This document shows positions 50,750-61,079 of a stretch of DNA of 64,000 nt, piece after piece (position 1 is the stretch's first letter; every line of letters begins with the position of its first letter). The stretch comes from an uncultured delta proteobacterium (lineage in GTDB: Bacteria; Desulfobacterota; Binatia; UBA9968): NCBI GenBank assembly GCA_963816145.1, contig CAWFJP010000012.1, positions 64,001 to 128,000 on the forward strand, written 5' to 3'. The notes under the pieces were generated by a model. The model was not told where the DNA came from. It worked only from the letters and a program-made list of their open reading frames with translations, and searched no databases. The position numbers were made by a program, and so were the translations under genes.

Positions 50750-51883
50750 ATGTATCCACGATTGCTCCAGGCACCCCCCAAGCAAAGCTTTTTCTTGTTC
50801 GGTCCTCGTGGGGTCGGTAAGACGGCTTGGCTGCATCAGCAGTTTCCCGGGGCGCTGTTTTTCGACTTGCTCGATCATCAAGTTTACACTCAGTTGCTTG
50901 CCCGACCCGACCGGCTCGGTGATCAGGTTCCCAAGGCATACAAGGACTGGGTCGTCATAGACGAAATTCAAAGGGTTCCGGAACTGCTCAATGAGGTGCA
51001 TCGTCTCATCGAGTCGCGCAAATTACGTTTTGCCCTGAGCGGATCGAGCGCCCGCAAACTGCGACGGCGCGGGGTGAACTTGCTGGCCGGCCGAGCGCTC
51101 ACGCGTCACATGCATCCGTTCACGGCATTGGAACTCGGCAAAGATTTTGATTTGAAACGAACCCTGCAGTACGGCTGTTTGCCGATGGCATTCACCAGCG
51201 ACCGGCCGCAAGATTATTTGAAAAGCTACGCCGCGACCTACCTGCGCGAAGAAGTCCAGCAAGAAGGTCTCGCGCGCAACATCGGCGCGTTCGGTCGTTT
51301 CATCGAGGTCGCGAGCTTTTCCCAAGGCAGCGTCCTCAACATGGCCGCCGTGGCGCGCGAGTGCGCGGTGTCGGCCAAGGTGGTGGAGGACTATTTCAGC
51401 ATTCTCGAAGACCTGCTGATCGCCGTGCGTTTGCCGATTTTTTCCAAACGCGCCAAGCGGCGGCTGGTGGCCCACCCGAAGTTCTACTATTTCGATGCCG
51501 GTGTCTTTCAAGCGGTCCGTCCTCGCGGACCGCTCGACGCCCCCGAGCAGATCCACGGACCGGCGTTGGAAACCCTGTTCTTGCAACAGGCGCGCGCGCT
51601 GAACGACTACAAGGACTTGGGCTACCGTTTGCACTATTGGCGCACCGCCGCCGGCGACGAGGTCGATTTCGTTCTATACGGAGAGCGCGGTCTGCGTGCT
51701 TTCGAGATAAAAATGGCGCACACCGTCCGCTCGGAAGATCTGCGCTCGTTGCTGAGATTCCAGGAGGATTTCCCCGAAGCTAAAATTCACTTGTTGTATC
51801 TCGGCAAACGCCGTTGGCATGATCGAGGCATTGAGATAATTCCTTTCGGGGATTGCATTGGCGAGCTCGACCGATGGCTGTAA
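50750..51883 (+). CDS. AAA+ ATPase with C-terminal DUF4143 (PD-(D/E)xK-like) domain
   Basis: GPRGVGKT, IDEIQR, KFYYFDAG and YWRT...EVDFV...EIK motifs. Confidence 0.9.
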   Translation: MYPRLLQAPPKQSFFLFGPRGVGKTAWLHQQFPGALFFDLLDHQVYTQLLARPDRLGDQVPKAYKDWVVIDEIQRVPELLNEVHRLIESRKLRFALSGSSARKLRRRGVNLLAGRALTRHMHPFTALELGKDFDLKRTLQYGCLPMAFTSDRPQDYLKSYAATYLREEVQQEGLARNIGAFGRFIEVASFSQGSVLNMAAVARECAVSAKVVEDYFSILEDLLIAVRLPIFSKRAKRRLVAHPKFYYFDAGVFQAVRPRGPLDAPEQIHGPALETLFLQQARALNDYKDLGYRLHYWRTAAGDEVDFVLYGERGLRAFEIKMAHTVRSEDLRSLLRFQEDFPEAKIHLLYLGKRRWHDRGIEIIPFGDCIGELDRWL

Positions 51884-51918
51884 AGAGAGTTCTTGAAATT
51901 GTTGAGAGTCGCGAGCGG

Positions 51919-52054
51919 TGGCGCGAGATTCGATCGAACCATCCAACCCTGTTTGACGGGGGAATTCATGGACTGGCGGAAGTATCGGTTGGGCAGATTG
52001 CAGTCGGAGATGCGGACGGAGTTTAAGAAATCGGCGATGAAAAATACAAATTGA
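51919..52054 (+). pseudogene. thyX 3' tail copy 1
   Basis: WREIRSNHPTL...FMDWRKYRLGRLQSEMRTEFKKSAMKNTN*. Confidence 0.92.
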
Positions 52055-52075
52055 GTACATCTAATCACGTCGCTA

Positions 52076-52495
52076 ATGGTAAAACGATCCATTAAAGTAC
52101 CCTCGTCTAGCGCTAATTTGCCAGCGGAACCGCAAGGTCCGTTGAGGTGTCTCGCTCTACACACCTTGGGATGGAAATCCTTCCAGGATTTATGCGCTCA
52201 AATTTGTGAAGAGGTGCTAAAGACGACACTCTCGATTTATAGGGAAGCGCAGGATGGCGGACAGGACGCTGTCTTTCTCATATCTTCGCTCGATCACGAG
52301 GGCAAGAAGAAAACGGAACGTTCCAGTGGAAATTTTGCGATCACGGCGCCGGTTGAAGCAAAGTGATCTTTCCAACGAAATTGCCACCATCTCCGATTTG
52401 TATCAACGGGGGAGGCGCACACTTATTACTCTATTACGAACATGGATGTAGATGCGCCTGTAGAAACCGAAATTCGCGGGAAGCTTGAAAGCTAG
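52076..52495 (+). pseudogene. Decayed N-terminal restriction-endonuclease-like domain (probable defence NTPase remnant)
   Basis: ALHTLGWKSFQDLCAQICEE...DGGQDA, then Q.K and YY.ITN in shifting frames. Confidence 0.55.
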
Positions 52496-53666
52496 GTGAA
52501 AAGAGCTGTCGTTGTTGTTCTGCCGATAGATATTTTGGTAGGAAAAGCCGGATCTGATCGAAGATATCGTTCTCTATGCTCACGAATAGAGGTCCCACAA
52601 ATTGGAATATAAAGCGTACTTGGACTCTGCGTCCAAGTCTTTCTGATTCTTCAATAGATCGTCGTAAATCCTGTTGATCTGTTGAAATAGATCGATGTCG
52701 CGAATTTCGAGGGAAATCGCTTGCGATATCGTTCCGGATGTACCACGGAGAACAGTTCGACTGTCTTCAATTAAAATAGGCAAATGGGAATACTGCGCTA
52801 TGAGCAATGCAACCGTTAGCGTCGTGGCAACTAGATTAGATGCCGCTGCACGAGCATCATTCACACTTGTTTTTTTAAACCGGTCTAGACTACCGTCGGA
52901 TGTGCAAGATGAGGACCGGATCGACCGTTGCAGAAGGGTGGGCGTAAGCAGGTTGACAGAAGCAATGACTCCTGGAATTGCGACGGTACGTTCTTGGTTC
53001 TGTAACATGCACGTGAGTAAGTTATGGATTTGATCCAACAATCGCCGACGCCATCCCGTATCGTGGGACATCGTCCGGATCAAGTAGAGCTTTAGTCCGA
53101 TACGCACGTGATGAATCACTCCTCTCAGAGTCTGTTTGTGCAAATCTGGATCAATCCGTGATGCGGTCATAGTTCCGATTCGATCAATGACCTACGATAT
53201 CGCGAATATTAGACACGTCGGATGAGCGAGGGCTAATATCTCTATTTGCCTTCTAAGGGAGCGCGCTTCTGAACTGTTTTGCGCGAAGTTCTGAAGCAGG
53301 CTCCCAATCTTCTAGAGAAAACACAAGTTACATGGAGGTTTATCATGACGCAAAAATCCGCTGTATGCGCTGTCATGCTCTAGGTCTTGCGAAGAACTCA
53401 GACCAATCAGTCGATCGGCTTAGAAGGCAATTTGCGAAAATTTGGACCATTCGTTTCTCGATCAGACAGCATCTTCACTTATCACCAACCGGTGTACCTG
53501 CGATTCGACGTGTGGACAATTGTAGGTCACTTGCACGGCATCAAAGATTGACAACAAAGCTGAATCTGAATCGGCCGAAGACAATTTCGACCGTCAGTTC
53601 GTTTGTAGCCACTTGAACCCGTTCGTTGGAATGACGGTCAATTCAAATTGCTGATGTAAAAATTGA

Positions 53667-53945
53667 CTAGACGCTATCGACAAGTTTCAATCTGAAGCTC
53701 ATTCTCTTGGAACGATGAAAAGGGCAATAATGGCAACTGACGGCTTTATTGATCACGTTGTCGGGGATGCTTGCGATCGGAAGAGGTTCAGTTTCTGGAT
53801 ATTGCGCTTTCAGTCCGGAATACAATAAGCCAGGAAGCAAATCACCTACTGCTGGAGCTGTGGTTTCGAAACGGATTTCGAAAATCACCTCAACGAGCGG
53901 GCTTTTTCCTAACGCAACCGGCATCTTGGAATCCATTGGTATCAA
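53667..53945 (-). pseudogene. TIGR04255-like protein N-terminal remnant
   Basis: LGKSPLVEVIFEIRF motif; truncated; AT-rich context. Confidence 0.55.
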
Positions 53946-54084
53946 ATCGCCCTTCTGCTATCTAGGCATCCTTTGTATGGGCCATTATACTGTTAATAAT
54001 TAAGTTCACAAATGTTAGGTCTAATGCAATGACGAGTTGTGATGGTTCCAGCGTGCGCATACGTCGCGAAGATTAGCCATCACT

Positions 54085-54325
54085 CATGATTTTTCATTGA
54101 GGATTTGACTCAACAATTTCTCCAGCGGGCGGAGATCTTTTGATTCTTGGGCGTCGCTATCGAAGTATTTGAGATTGTCGGTGCGCTGCTCTTGCGCGAG
54201 TATTATGATCCTTGGGGATATCGGTGCGCCGGGAGTTTTTCGAATCGCCGGGTTGACTCATTCTTTTTGAAGGGCGATCTGGCCGTCGCGGGAGAGATAC
54301 CAATTGATGAACACCTTGGCGGCGG
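54085..54325 (-). pseudogene. Diverged copy of the 3' tail of SBP gene 61080..62216
   Basis: AAKVFINWYLSRDGQIA...SQPGDSKNSRRTDIPKDH...QEQRTD...RPLEKLL matches 61078-61321. Confidence 0.9.
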
Positions 54326-54464
54326 ATGCCCATGTGTGACGACTCGTCTAAAAGTCCGTAGGTAAATATACATACCCGATTGACCGAAACATTCATCGGT
54401 GGTATCCGCCTATTGCTCGCGGGGTGAAGTGATCGGTTCGAATATAATCGAAGGATGGTGTCGT

Positions 54465-55451
54465 ATGGTTCGAACGATACTCCTGGTATTAGCTCTTTTG
54501 CTTCCCTACTCAGTCAGCGCGGCGACCAAGACTGCGATTCCATTGCGGGTGGCCTACAGTTCGATCTCCGGAGCTGGGATCGTTACTTGGATCGCGGCAG
54601 ATAAGGGATTGTTCGCCAAGCACGGGCTCAATGTCGAGTTGATCTACGTGGCCGGCTCTCAGGCGATGCAATCGCTGCTCGGTGGCACCACGGTTATGGG
54701 GATCCAGGGCATCGAGCCTGTTTTCAGGGTCAACCTTCACGGCTCCGACACGGTGATGATTTTCGGCATCGTGACCAAGCCGACGTTCTCCATCATTGTG
54801 CGGCCGGAGATTAAAGAGTACCGGGAATTGAAGGGCAAGCCGATGGGTGTGACTCGCTACGGCTCGTCCACCGATATGTTGCTTCGGCTGACTCTCGAAA
54901 AGTGGGGTTTCAAACCGGAAATCGATGTTCCGATACTACAAATGGGCGGTGTGCCGCCGATCTTGGCGGGCATGCAATCCGGCACAATCTTTGGCGGCCC
55001 GTTGTCGCTGCCGACGCTGGCCCGCGCCAAGCAGGAAGGGTACCGCGAATTGGCCGATGTGGCGGACCTGATTCCGGATTATCAGGTGGCTGGAATCGTC
55101 ACACGGCGGTCTTTCATAAAAGAGAACCCCGAGATCGTGCGCGGATTCGTCAGGGCCATGACCGAGGCCATCGCCATGTTCAAAAACAACCCCGAAGCGG
55201 TCAAAGAGGTGATGAAGAATCGGCTCAAGATCGACGACCCGGCGGTGATCGAGGAAACCCAGAAAACCTATCCGAAGTACATGCCGAATGTTCCCTACCC
55301 AAGCAAAGCGGGCATCACGGTGATCAAGAATTTTCTCGAAAAAACCGAGCCGGCGCTGCGCAAGTTGTCGATCGACGATCAGATCGACAATCGGTTCGTG
55401 CGGGAAATGGAAGAAAGCGGCTTTCTCCGTGAAGTCAACCGCACTAAGTGA
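54465..55451 (+). CDS. ABC substrate-binding protein (NMT1-like)
   Basis: KGLFAKHGLNVELIY, LKGKPMGVTRYGS and FVREMEESGF motifs. Confidence 0.87.
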   Translation: MVRTILLVLALLLPYSVSAATKTAIPLRVAYSSISGAGIVTWIAADKGLFAKHGLNVELIYVAGSQAMQSLLGGTTVMGIQGIEPVFRVNLHGSDTVMIFGIVTKPTFSIIVRPEIKEYRELKGKPMGVTRYGSSTDMLLRLTLEKWGFKPEIDVPILQMGGVPPILAGMQSGTIFGGPLSLPTLARAKQEGYRELADVADLIPDYQVAGIVTRRSFIKENPEIVRGFVRAMTEAIAMFKNNPEAVKEVMKNRLKIDDPAVIEETQKTYPKYMPNVPYPSKAGITVIKNFLEKTEPALRKLSIDDQIDNRFVREMEESGFLREVNRTK

Positions 55452-55494
55452 CGCTCAATTATATTGGCCCAATATCGGCGTGAAGCTCGTGCAG

Positions 55495-55675
55495 GAGCTT
55501 GGGGCCAGGCCTACTATCGTCGGACCCACTTTGCAATTTATTCTCTGGTTGCGCTGATCGGATCGCTATCCCGCGCGGGATTATTGCGAGTTAGCGTTGT
55601 TTGAATAACTTGTTCATAAAAACTTCGCGCACCAGGCGATCGACGAGGGAGTTGTCGGCGATGGTCTCGACGCCG
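55495..55675 (-). pseudogene. Diverged copy of the 3' tail and downstream region of SBP gene 60063..61055
   Basis: VETIADNSLVDRLVREVFMNKLFKQR* vs parent VETVADNSILDRLVREGFIDKLFKQR*; the downstream DNA also matches 59947-60062. Confidence 0.9.
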
Positions 55676-55677
55676 CT

Positions 55678-55820
55678 CGCCCCGATCGGCTAACAGCGCG
55701 TGGTCCCGATGGTGGGTTGGATCCCGACGCCAGGTGCAGACCTATCTCCACCTACATCGCCAGCACCGCAGCGCCTGGGCGTCCCAGATCGAATTGCGTC
55801 CCTGGGTGGAGAAATTTTAG
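55678..55820 (+). pseudogene. Inverted, diverged copy of the 3' tail of SDR gene 62281..62982
   Basis: RPDRLTARGPDGGLDPDA..QTYLHLHRQHRSAWASQIELRPWVEKF* vs parent ...RPWSEKF*. Confidence 0.92.
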
Positions 55821-56051
55821 CGCACCGGCGGTTATTGTGAACCCGTCGCCGGCAGATTGCGTCTAATGGCATGTGTCAATGTCGAATCGGCGAGCCCCTC
55901 TCGGTTGGGGGCGGGACGTATTGTGGAGGCTGATCGACTGTTTTAGTATGCCAATTTGCATCGTCGTATTAAGGGGCTTTGAACTTCGGTGCGGATCAAT
56001 GCCAACGAGAAACGGTCAGTCATGGGCAAATCATCTGATAGAACCAGTCGA

Positions 56052-56939
56052 ATGAAGCTGCGCTCTCTGTTTGTCGTCTCGGCAATTGCTTTTGCCCTAC
56101 TTGCTGCCGGTTGTAATCTTATACTGGAACCGATCGAGCAGCGATTCCTGTTTCGGCCTTGGGGCGGGGACCCCATGAAGCTTGCATCGGTTGCTGCACG
56201 CGACAACGGCATCGAGGAAGTTCGGCTGCCGACGGCCGACGGCGTGACGCTGCATGGCTGGCTCAAGCGCCCCAAGGTGGCGCCGGCAGTTGGACGCTTT
56301 CCGCTCGTGATCGTATTCGGCGGCGCGCGCAGGGAAACTTCCTGGATAATGGATCTTGCCGACAAACCCGAGCATTGGGGCTGGCTATTTATCAATTACC
56401 GAGGCTTCGGACTATCGGAAGGCGAACCGTCCGAGCGTATTGTCCTGGCGGATACCCGTCTCATATACGATTACGCCGCGGCAAGGCCCGACGTAGATGC
56501 GACAAATATCGTGGTGCTTGGCCGGAGCCTGGGCACTTATTTCACGGTTGCCTTGGCCCGCAGCCGCGCCTTGCGCGGCGCGATCCTCGCCACGCCGTTC
56601 GATAGCATCGCCGCAGTCGGCGAAGAGCGCTATCCGTGGCTGCCGGTCGGGCTGATTCTTAATGGCCGCTATGACGCGGCCGCCCTCGCGCCGAAGATCA
56701 AAGTTCCCGCGCTGTTTGTCTTAGCCGAAAACGACGACGTGACTCCGGTGGAGAATGGCGCCGCACTCGCGCGCGCCTGGGGTGGACCGCAAAAAATTCT
56801 GACCTTGGCGGGCGCGCGCCACTACGGCATCGAGCGGCGGCCGGAATTCTGGAGCGCAGTGACGGATTTTCTCAGCGCCATCGAACCGGCCGCTTCGCGC
56901 CGCGACGATTACGCCGGACAACTCGGCGCGAAGCCGTAA
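56052..56939 (+). CDS. Alpha/beta hydrolase (putative lipoprotein)
   Basis: LAAGC lipobox; NYRGFGLSEGEPSE, GRSLG, D and H motifs. Confidence 0.87.
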   Translation: MKLRSLFVVSAIAFALLAAGCNLILEPIEQRFLFRPWGGDPMKLASVAARDNGIEEVRLPTADGVTLHGWLKRPKVAPAVGRFPLVIVFGGARRETSWIMDLADKPEHWGWLFINYRGFGLSEGEPSERIVLADTRLIYDYAAARPDVDATNIVVLGRSLGTYFTVALARSRALRGAILATPFDSIAAVGEERYPWLPVGLILNGRYDAAALAPKIKVPALFVLAENDDVTPVENGAALARAWGGPQKILTLAGARHYGIERRPEFWSAVTDFLSAIEPAASRRDDYAGQLGAKP

Positions 56940-57024
56940 ACTGCGACCCTTTCGTTCCATGCGTTGCAGCTTTTTTGTCCACGGCTAAATTTACCGAACA
57001 GACCGATAAGTAGTGTATAGTTGT

Positions 57025-57195
57025 TCAGGCGGCATAACGAACATGTTTTTCGAGAAACAGGTTTTTGATGAGCTGAGTCTGCATCTGGCGCCGGAACACA
57101 TGACGGCGCAGCGTGGCCATCATCTCAACCTTGCCGCGCGGACGGCTCTTGCCCAAGGCATGGTTGTTCACATCTTGTTTGATTAGTTCATCGGG
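57025..57195 (-). mobile_element. IS630-family transposase C-terminal remnant
   Basis: PDELIKQDVNNHALGKSRPRGKVEMMATLRRHVFRRQMQTQLIKNLFLEKHVRYAA* resembles IS630 C-termini. Confidence 0.75.
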
Positions 57196-57253
57196 GCGGA
57201 CGCGGGACTGCCAAAACCTGACATCTGGCGTTGCCGCGGAGTGAGATCGAGCG

Positions 57254-59191
57254 ATGCAAAGTGTTTCTCATGACGTAGTTGGCCTGCCGGCACAACAACA
57301 AGCTCTCCAGGCGCGATGCTTCCACCCGACGGAGACGTTTATCGAGTTTAGGAAAGAGGAGATTGACCAGTCCATCCCGGCGCGCTTCGAAGATCAGGTA
57401 CGCAAACATTCTCAACGGCTGGCCATCAAGACCAAGGAGATTGCACTCACCTATGATGCGCTGAACAGGGCGGCAAATCGCATAGCGCACGCTCTCCTGG
57501 CGAGACGTGGAGAGGGACAAGAGCAGGTGGCGATATTCTGTCACCAAGGCGCCGTGGCGATCACCGCGATGCTCGCCGTGCTGAAAGCGGGCAAAACCTA
57601 CGTGCCTCTGGATCCCATGGCGCCAAACCCGCGGAATCGGCAAATCCTCGGCGATGCTCAGATCGGACTTATCCTTGCCGACGCCGAAACTGTTTCACTC
57701 GCCGCCGATCTGGCGCAAAACGAGTTCGGCGTGATGAGTATCGCTAGTCTGGAGTCGAGTTTTTCCAGTGACAATCCCGGGCTCGGTATCTCACCCGATC
57801 GTCTTAGCTACATCATGTATACCTCCGGGTCCACAGGCGAACCCAAGGGGGTTATGCAGAATCATCGGAACGTACTCGACAAAACCAGGGGATGGGTCAA
57901 CGTTGTCCACATCTCGCCGGGAGATCGCTTGAGCCTATTGCGATCGCTTGATGTTAGCGGCTCGATCCGAGATCTATTTGGCGGCTTGCTCTGCGGTGCG
58001 ACAGTTCTTCCCTTCGACGTGAAGAGGGAGGGACAGATGCATTTAGCCGACTGGTTGGTGGATGAGGAGATCACAATCTACAATTCGGTGGTAACGCTAT
58101 TCCGTAACTTGGGCAGCACATTGACCGGTTCTGAGAGTTTTGCCAGCGTTCGCGTGATCAAATTAAGCGGTGAACCGGTGCGCAAGCGTGACGTCGAAAT
58201 CTATAAGAAATATTTTCCGTCGCACTGCCTGGCGATCAATATGTTGGCGTCAGCGGAGGTCGGCAGCACCCGAGTCTATTTCATCGACAAGGAAACCGCC
58301 ATTCCCGACACTCTAGTGCCGATAGGTTATCCGTTGGAAGGATGCGAAGTCCTTCTACTCGACAACGATGGCAATAAGCTCGGCTTCGACGAAGTAGGTG
58401 AAATCGCCGTGCGGAGCCGCTACCTATCGCCGGGATACTGGCGCAGGTCAGACCTTACTCAAGCCTGTTTTCTTGCCGACCCTGAAGGCGGTGATGCGCG
58501 CATCTTTCGCACGGGAGACCTCGGTTCCATGCGTCCGGATGGATGCCTAGTGCACCGGGGACGCAAAGACTTCCACGTAAAGATCAGAGGATATAGCGTC
58601 GAGATCGCCGAGGTTGAAGCGGCGTTGCTCGAACTTGACGCGGTGAAACAAGCCGTGGTCACGACTAGGGCAAACGCCCAGGGAAACCAAGTTTTGGTAG
58701 GTTATGTCGTCCTGACCGGGAAGACTACCCTCACCGTTAGCGCGATCAGGAAAGCTCTGGCCGCAAGGGTACCGGACTATATGATCCCTTCGGCCTTTAT
58801 TTTCTTGGACAGCCTTCCGCTCATCGGCCCCGGAAAAGTGAACGTCCGCGCCCTTCCGGACCCGGGCAAGACGCGCCCGGACCTCGAAGTGCCCTTTGCC
58901 CTGCCGCGCGACCCGGTCGAGGAAAAAATAGTCAAAATCTGGTCCGAGATTCTAGGCTTAAATGAGGTCGGAATTCACGACCGTTTCTTAGAACTGGGCG
59001 GAGATTCGTTGCTCGCCACAAGGGTAATTTCCCGAATCATTGTCACTTTCCGTTGCGATTTGCCGATGCGAACTTTTTTCGCGGAACCCACTGTCGCCGC
59101 TCTAGCCGCTGTGGTGGCGCGGAACGAAACGAAGCCGTCCACGTCGGAAAAAATCAAGCGCGCGCCGAGGTCGAAGCACATTTGGAAATAA
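57254..59191 (+). CDS. Stand-alone NRPS-like adenylation-thiolation didomain
   Basis: YTSGSTGEPKG, GEIAV, FRTGDLG, GRKD..VKIRG, GKVN and LGGDSLLA motifs. Confidence 0.92.
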   Translation: MQSVSHDVVGLPAQQQALQARCFHPTETFIEFRKEEIDQSIPARFEDQVRKHSQRLAIKTKEIALTYDALNRAANRIAHALLARRGEGQEQVAIFCHQGAVAITAMLAVLKAGKTYVPLDPMAPNPRNRQILGDAQIGLILADAETVSLAADLAQNEFGVMSIASLESSFSSDNPGLGISPDRLSYIMYTSGSTGEPKGVMQNHRNVLDKTRGWVNVVHISPGDRLSLLRSLDVSGSIRDLFGGLLCGATVLPFDVKREGQMHLADWLVDEEITIYNSVVTLFRNLGSTLTGSESFASVRVIKLSGEPVRKRDVEIYKKYFPSHCLAINMLASAEVGSTRVYFIDKETAIPDTLVPIGYPLEGCEVLLLDNDGNKLGFDEVGEIAVRSRYLSPGYWRRSDLTQACFLADPEGGDARIFRTGDLGSMRPDGCLVHRGRKDFHVKIRGYSVEIAEVEAALLELDAVKQAVVTTRANAQGNQVLVGYVVLTGKTTLTVSAIRKALAARVPDYMIPSAFIFLDSLPLIGPGKVNVRALPDPGKTRPDLEVPFALPRDPVEEKIVKIWSEILGLNEVGIHDRFLELGGDSLLATRVISRIIVTFRCDLPMRTFFAEPTVAALAAVVARNETKPSTSEKIKRAPRSKHIWK

Positions 59192-59321
59192 AAGCGCCAG
59201 TACTTTTGTCTAATGGGGAGAAATGGACATTTCAAACTTATGCGTCGTCCATGGGAATTGCAAAACCGAAACATGGAATGAGGGAACGATAAGGAAACTA
59301 GGCTCGCGCCGGCCCCCAAGT

Positions 59322-59396
59322 AAGTATCGACTTGGGCGATTATAATCGGAGATGCGGACGGAGTTTAAGAAGTCGGTGTTGCAAAACATGGAATAG
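59322..59396 (+). pseudogene. thyX 3' tail copy 2
   Basis: KYRLGRL*SEMRTEFKKSVLQNME*. Confidence 0.9.
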
Positions 59397-59445
59397 GCTA
59401 CTGGAAGACGTGGATTTCGCAGATCGGGTTCAGAGGTGTCAAAAA

Positions 59446-59764
59446 ATGAAGAAGACAAAACGAGAATTTCTCCGGGTAAATCGGGGGCACTGATAAGTAG
59501 CTTATCCGCTGGACAAAGTTATATGACGTATTCGATCGCCTGGGAACTGGCGTATCTGAAGTAATGAAGGATCACGGCGATTTATTAGATGAGGTTCTTC
59601 GAGAAGCGATCTTACAAGACAACATCGTCCAGCTTAATATGAGCCTGCCTCCAGCCATGAAGGCCGTGCTAGGCAAGCCTGTGCGCCAGCGCACGACGGA
59701 TGCGACGACCCTTGCTCGCATATGTCTCGCGGAACGATTGGAACGAGAAGTAAAAGCGGGTTGA
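59446..59764 (+). pseudogene. Decayed small antitoxin-like (RHH/CopG-type) gene
   Basis: Broken N-terminus (MKKTKR...), then LNMSLPPAMKAVL...TTDATTLARICLAERL. Confidence 0.4.
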
Positions 59765-59828
59765 TTTGACAAAATGTTAGCCGTTCCCCGATGCTGCCGC
59801 TCTAAAAAATCAATACTCAGGCCTGCCC

Positions 59829-59936
59829 CGGATTTTCTCAACGCCATCGAACCGGCCGCTTCGGGCCGCGACGATTACGCCGGGCAACTCGGCACGAAGC
59901 CTTAAACTGCGACCCTCTCGTTCCACGCGTTGCGGC
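59829..59936 (+). pseudogene. Copy of the 3' tail and downstream region of hydrolase gene 56052..56939
   Basis: DFLNAIEPAASGRDDYAGQLGTKP* followed by actgcgaccct; matches 56863-56970. Confidence 0.92.
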
Positions 59937-60062
59937 ATTTGGGCGAGAGCTTAGGGTCATGTCTACTTTGGAATTATTCCCAGGCTTGCTTTCGAACGCG
60001 CTTTACTAATTATTCCCTGGGTGCACTGATCCAGTCGCTATCCAGCTTGGGTTTATGGCCGG

Positions 60063-61055
60063 CTAGCGTTGTTTGAATAACTTGTCGATAAAACCTTCGC
60101 GCACCAGCCGGTCGAGGATCGAGTTGTCGGCGACGGTCTCGACGGCGATCGGCTTTTTGCCCATGAACTCGACGATCGGTGCGATCGCTTCGGGCTCAAC
60201 GCGCGGGACGCGCTCCAAGAACTTTACCGAATCGGTGTACAGTTCTTCGATCAAGCGCTGATCTTTGAGGCGGGTGTATTTCTCAATCACTTTGAACGCG
60301 CGATCTTTCTGGTTGTGCGTTGCGGCGACGCCTTCGAGGTAGGCGCGGGTAAAGGCTTCGGCCAGCTCGGGCGAGCGGCGCAGGTAGTCGCGCGTCAGGG
60401 CGATCACGATGTTGGAGTATTGAATGTCGAGCTCGTTCATGTCGACGAGCATGCGCATCGGCGCGTTGACGCGCAGCGCGGATATCACCGCGCCGGCAAT
60501 CTGTTTGAGTTGAAACGCTGCGGCGATTTCTGTGGTGCCGCCGAACTGGCGCACCGTGACCGCGCCGTCGAGTCCCTTTTTGCGCAACAGCATCCGCGTC
60601 ATGTTGTCGGTCACCGAGCCGAAGCGCGAAACGCCCAAGGTCTTGCCGCGCAATTGCTCGACGCGGGTGATTTCCGGCTGCGTCCATAAGCGATAATAGG
60701 GCCGATTCACCAGACTCATGATCGCAACCAGCGGCGCTCCGCCCAGCACGGCGGCGATCACCGAGTTGGTCGCGGCAAATCCGCCCTGCAAATCGCCGCC
60801 GATCAAGGCCTGCACGACGATCGGTCCGGAAGAAATAAAGATCAGATCGGCATCGATGCCGTATTTTTCGAAGGCGCCGGTCTCCTTGGCCATCCACAGG
60901 CCGGTGCCGGCAGGCCCGACGGTGGAATATCCGAGCGTGAATTTCTTGAGATCGGCTGCGGTCGCCCCGTTGCACAACCAGAAAATCATTGAAATAACCG
61001 TCAACGCTTTTGCAAACGGGCGGCAGATTGCGTTATGAGCGTGCGCAGGTTTCAT
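60063..61055 (-). CDS. ABC substrate-binding protein (NMT1-like)
   Basis: GAFEKYGIDADLIF and LRGKTLGVSRFGS motifs. Confidence 0.87.
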   Translation of the reverse strand: MKPAHAHNAICRPFAKALTVISMIFWLCNGATAADLKKFTLGYSTVGPAGTGLWMAKETGAFEKYGIDADLIFISSGPIVVQALIGGDLQGGFAATNSVIAAVLGGAPLVAIMSLVNRPYYRLWTQPEITRVEQLRGKTLGVSRFGSVTDNMTRMLLRKKGLDGAVTVRQFGGTTEIAAAFQLKQIAGAVISALRVNAPMRMLVDMNELDIQYSNIVIALTRDYLRRSPELAEAFTRAYLEGVAATHNQKDRAFKVIEKYTRLKDQRLIEELYTDSVKFLERVPRVEPEAIAPIVEFMGKKPIAVETVADNSILDRLVREGFIDKLFKQR

Positions 61056-61079
61056 CGGATGGCGCGGTCGGTTCGATGA

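Noticed and set aside
52580-53170. 196-aa ORF as a real gene
   Set aside because: No recognisable family and it lies in a decayed region; only the last ~40 codons look protein-like.
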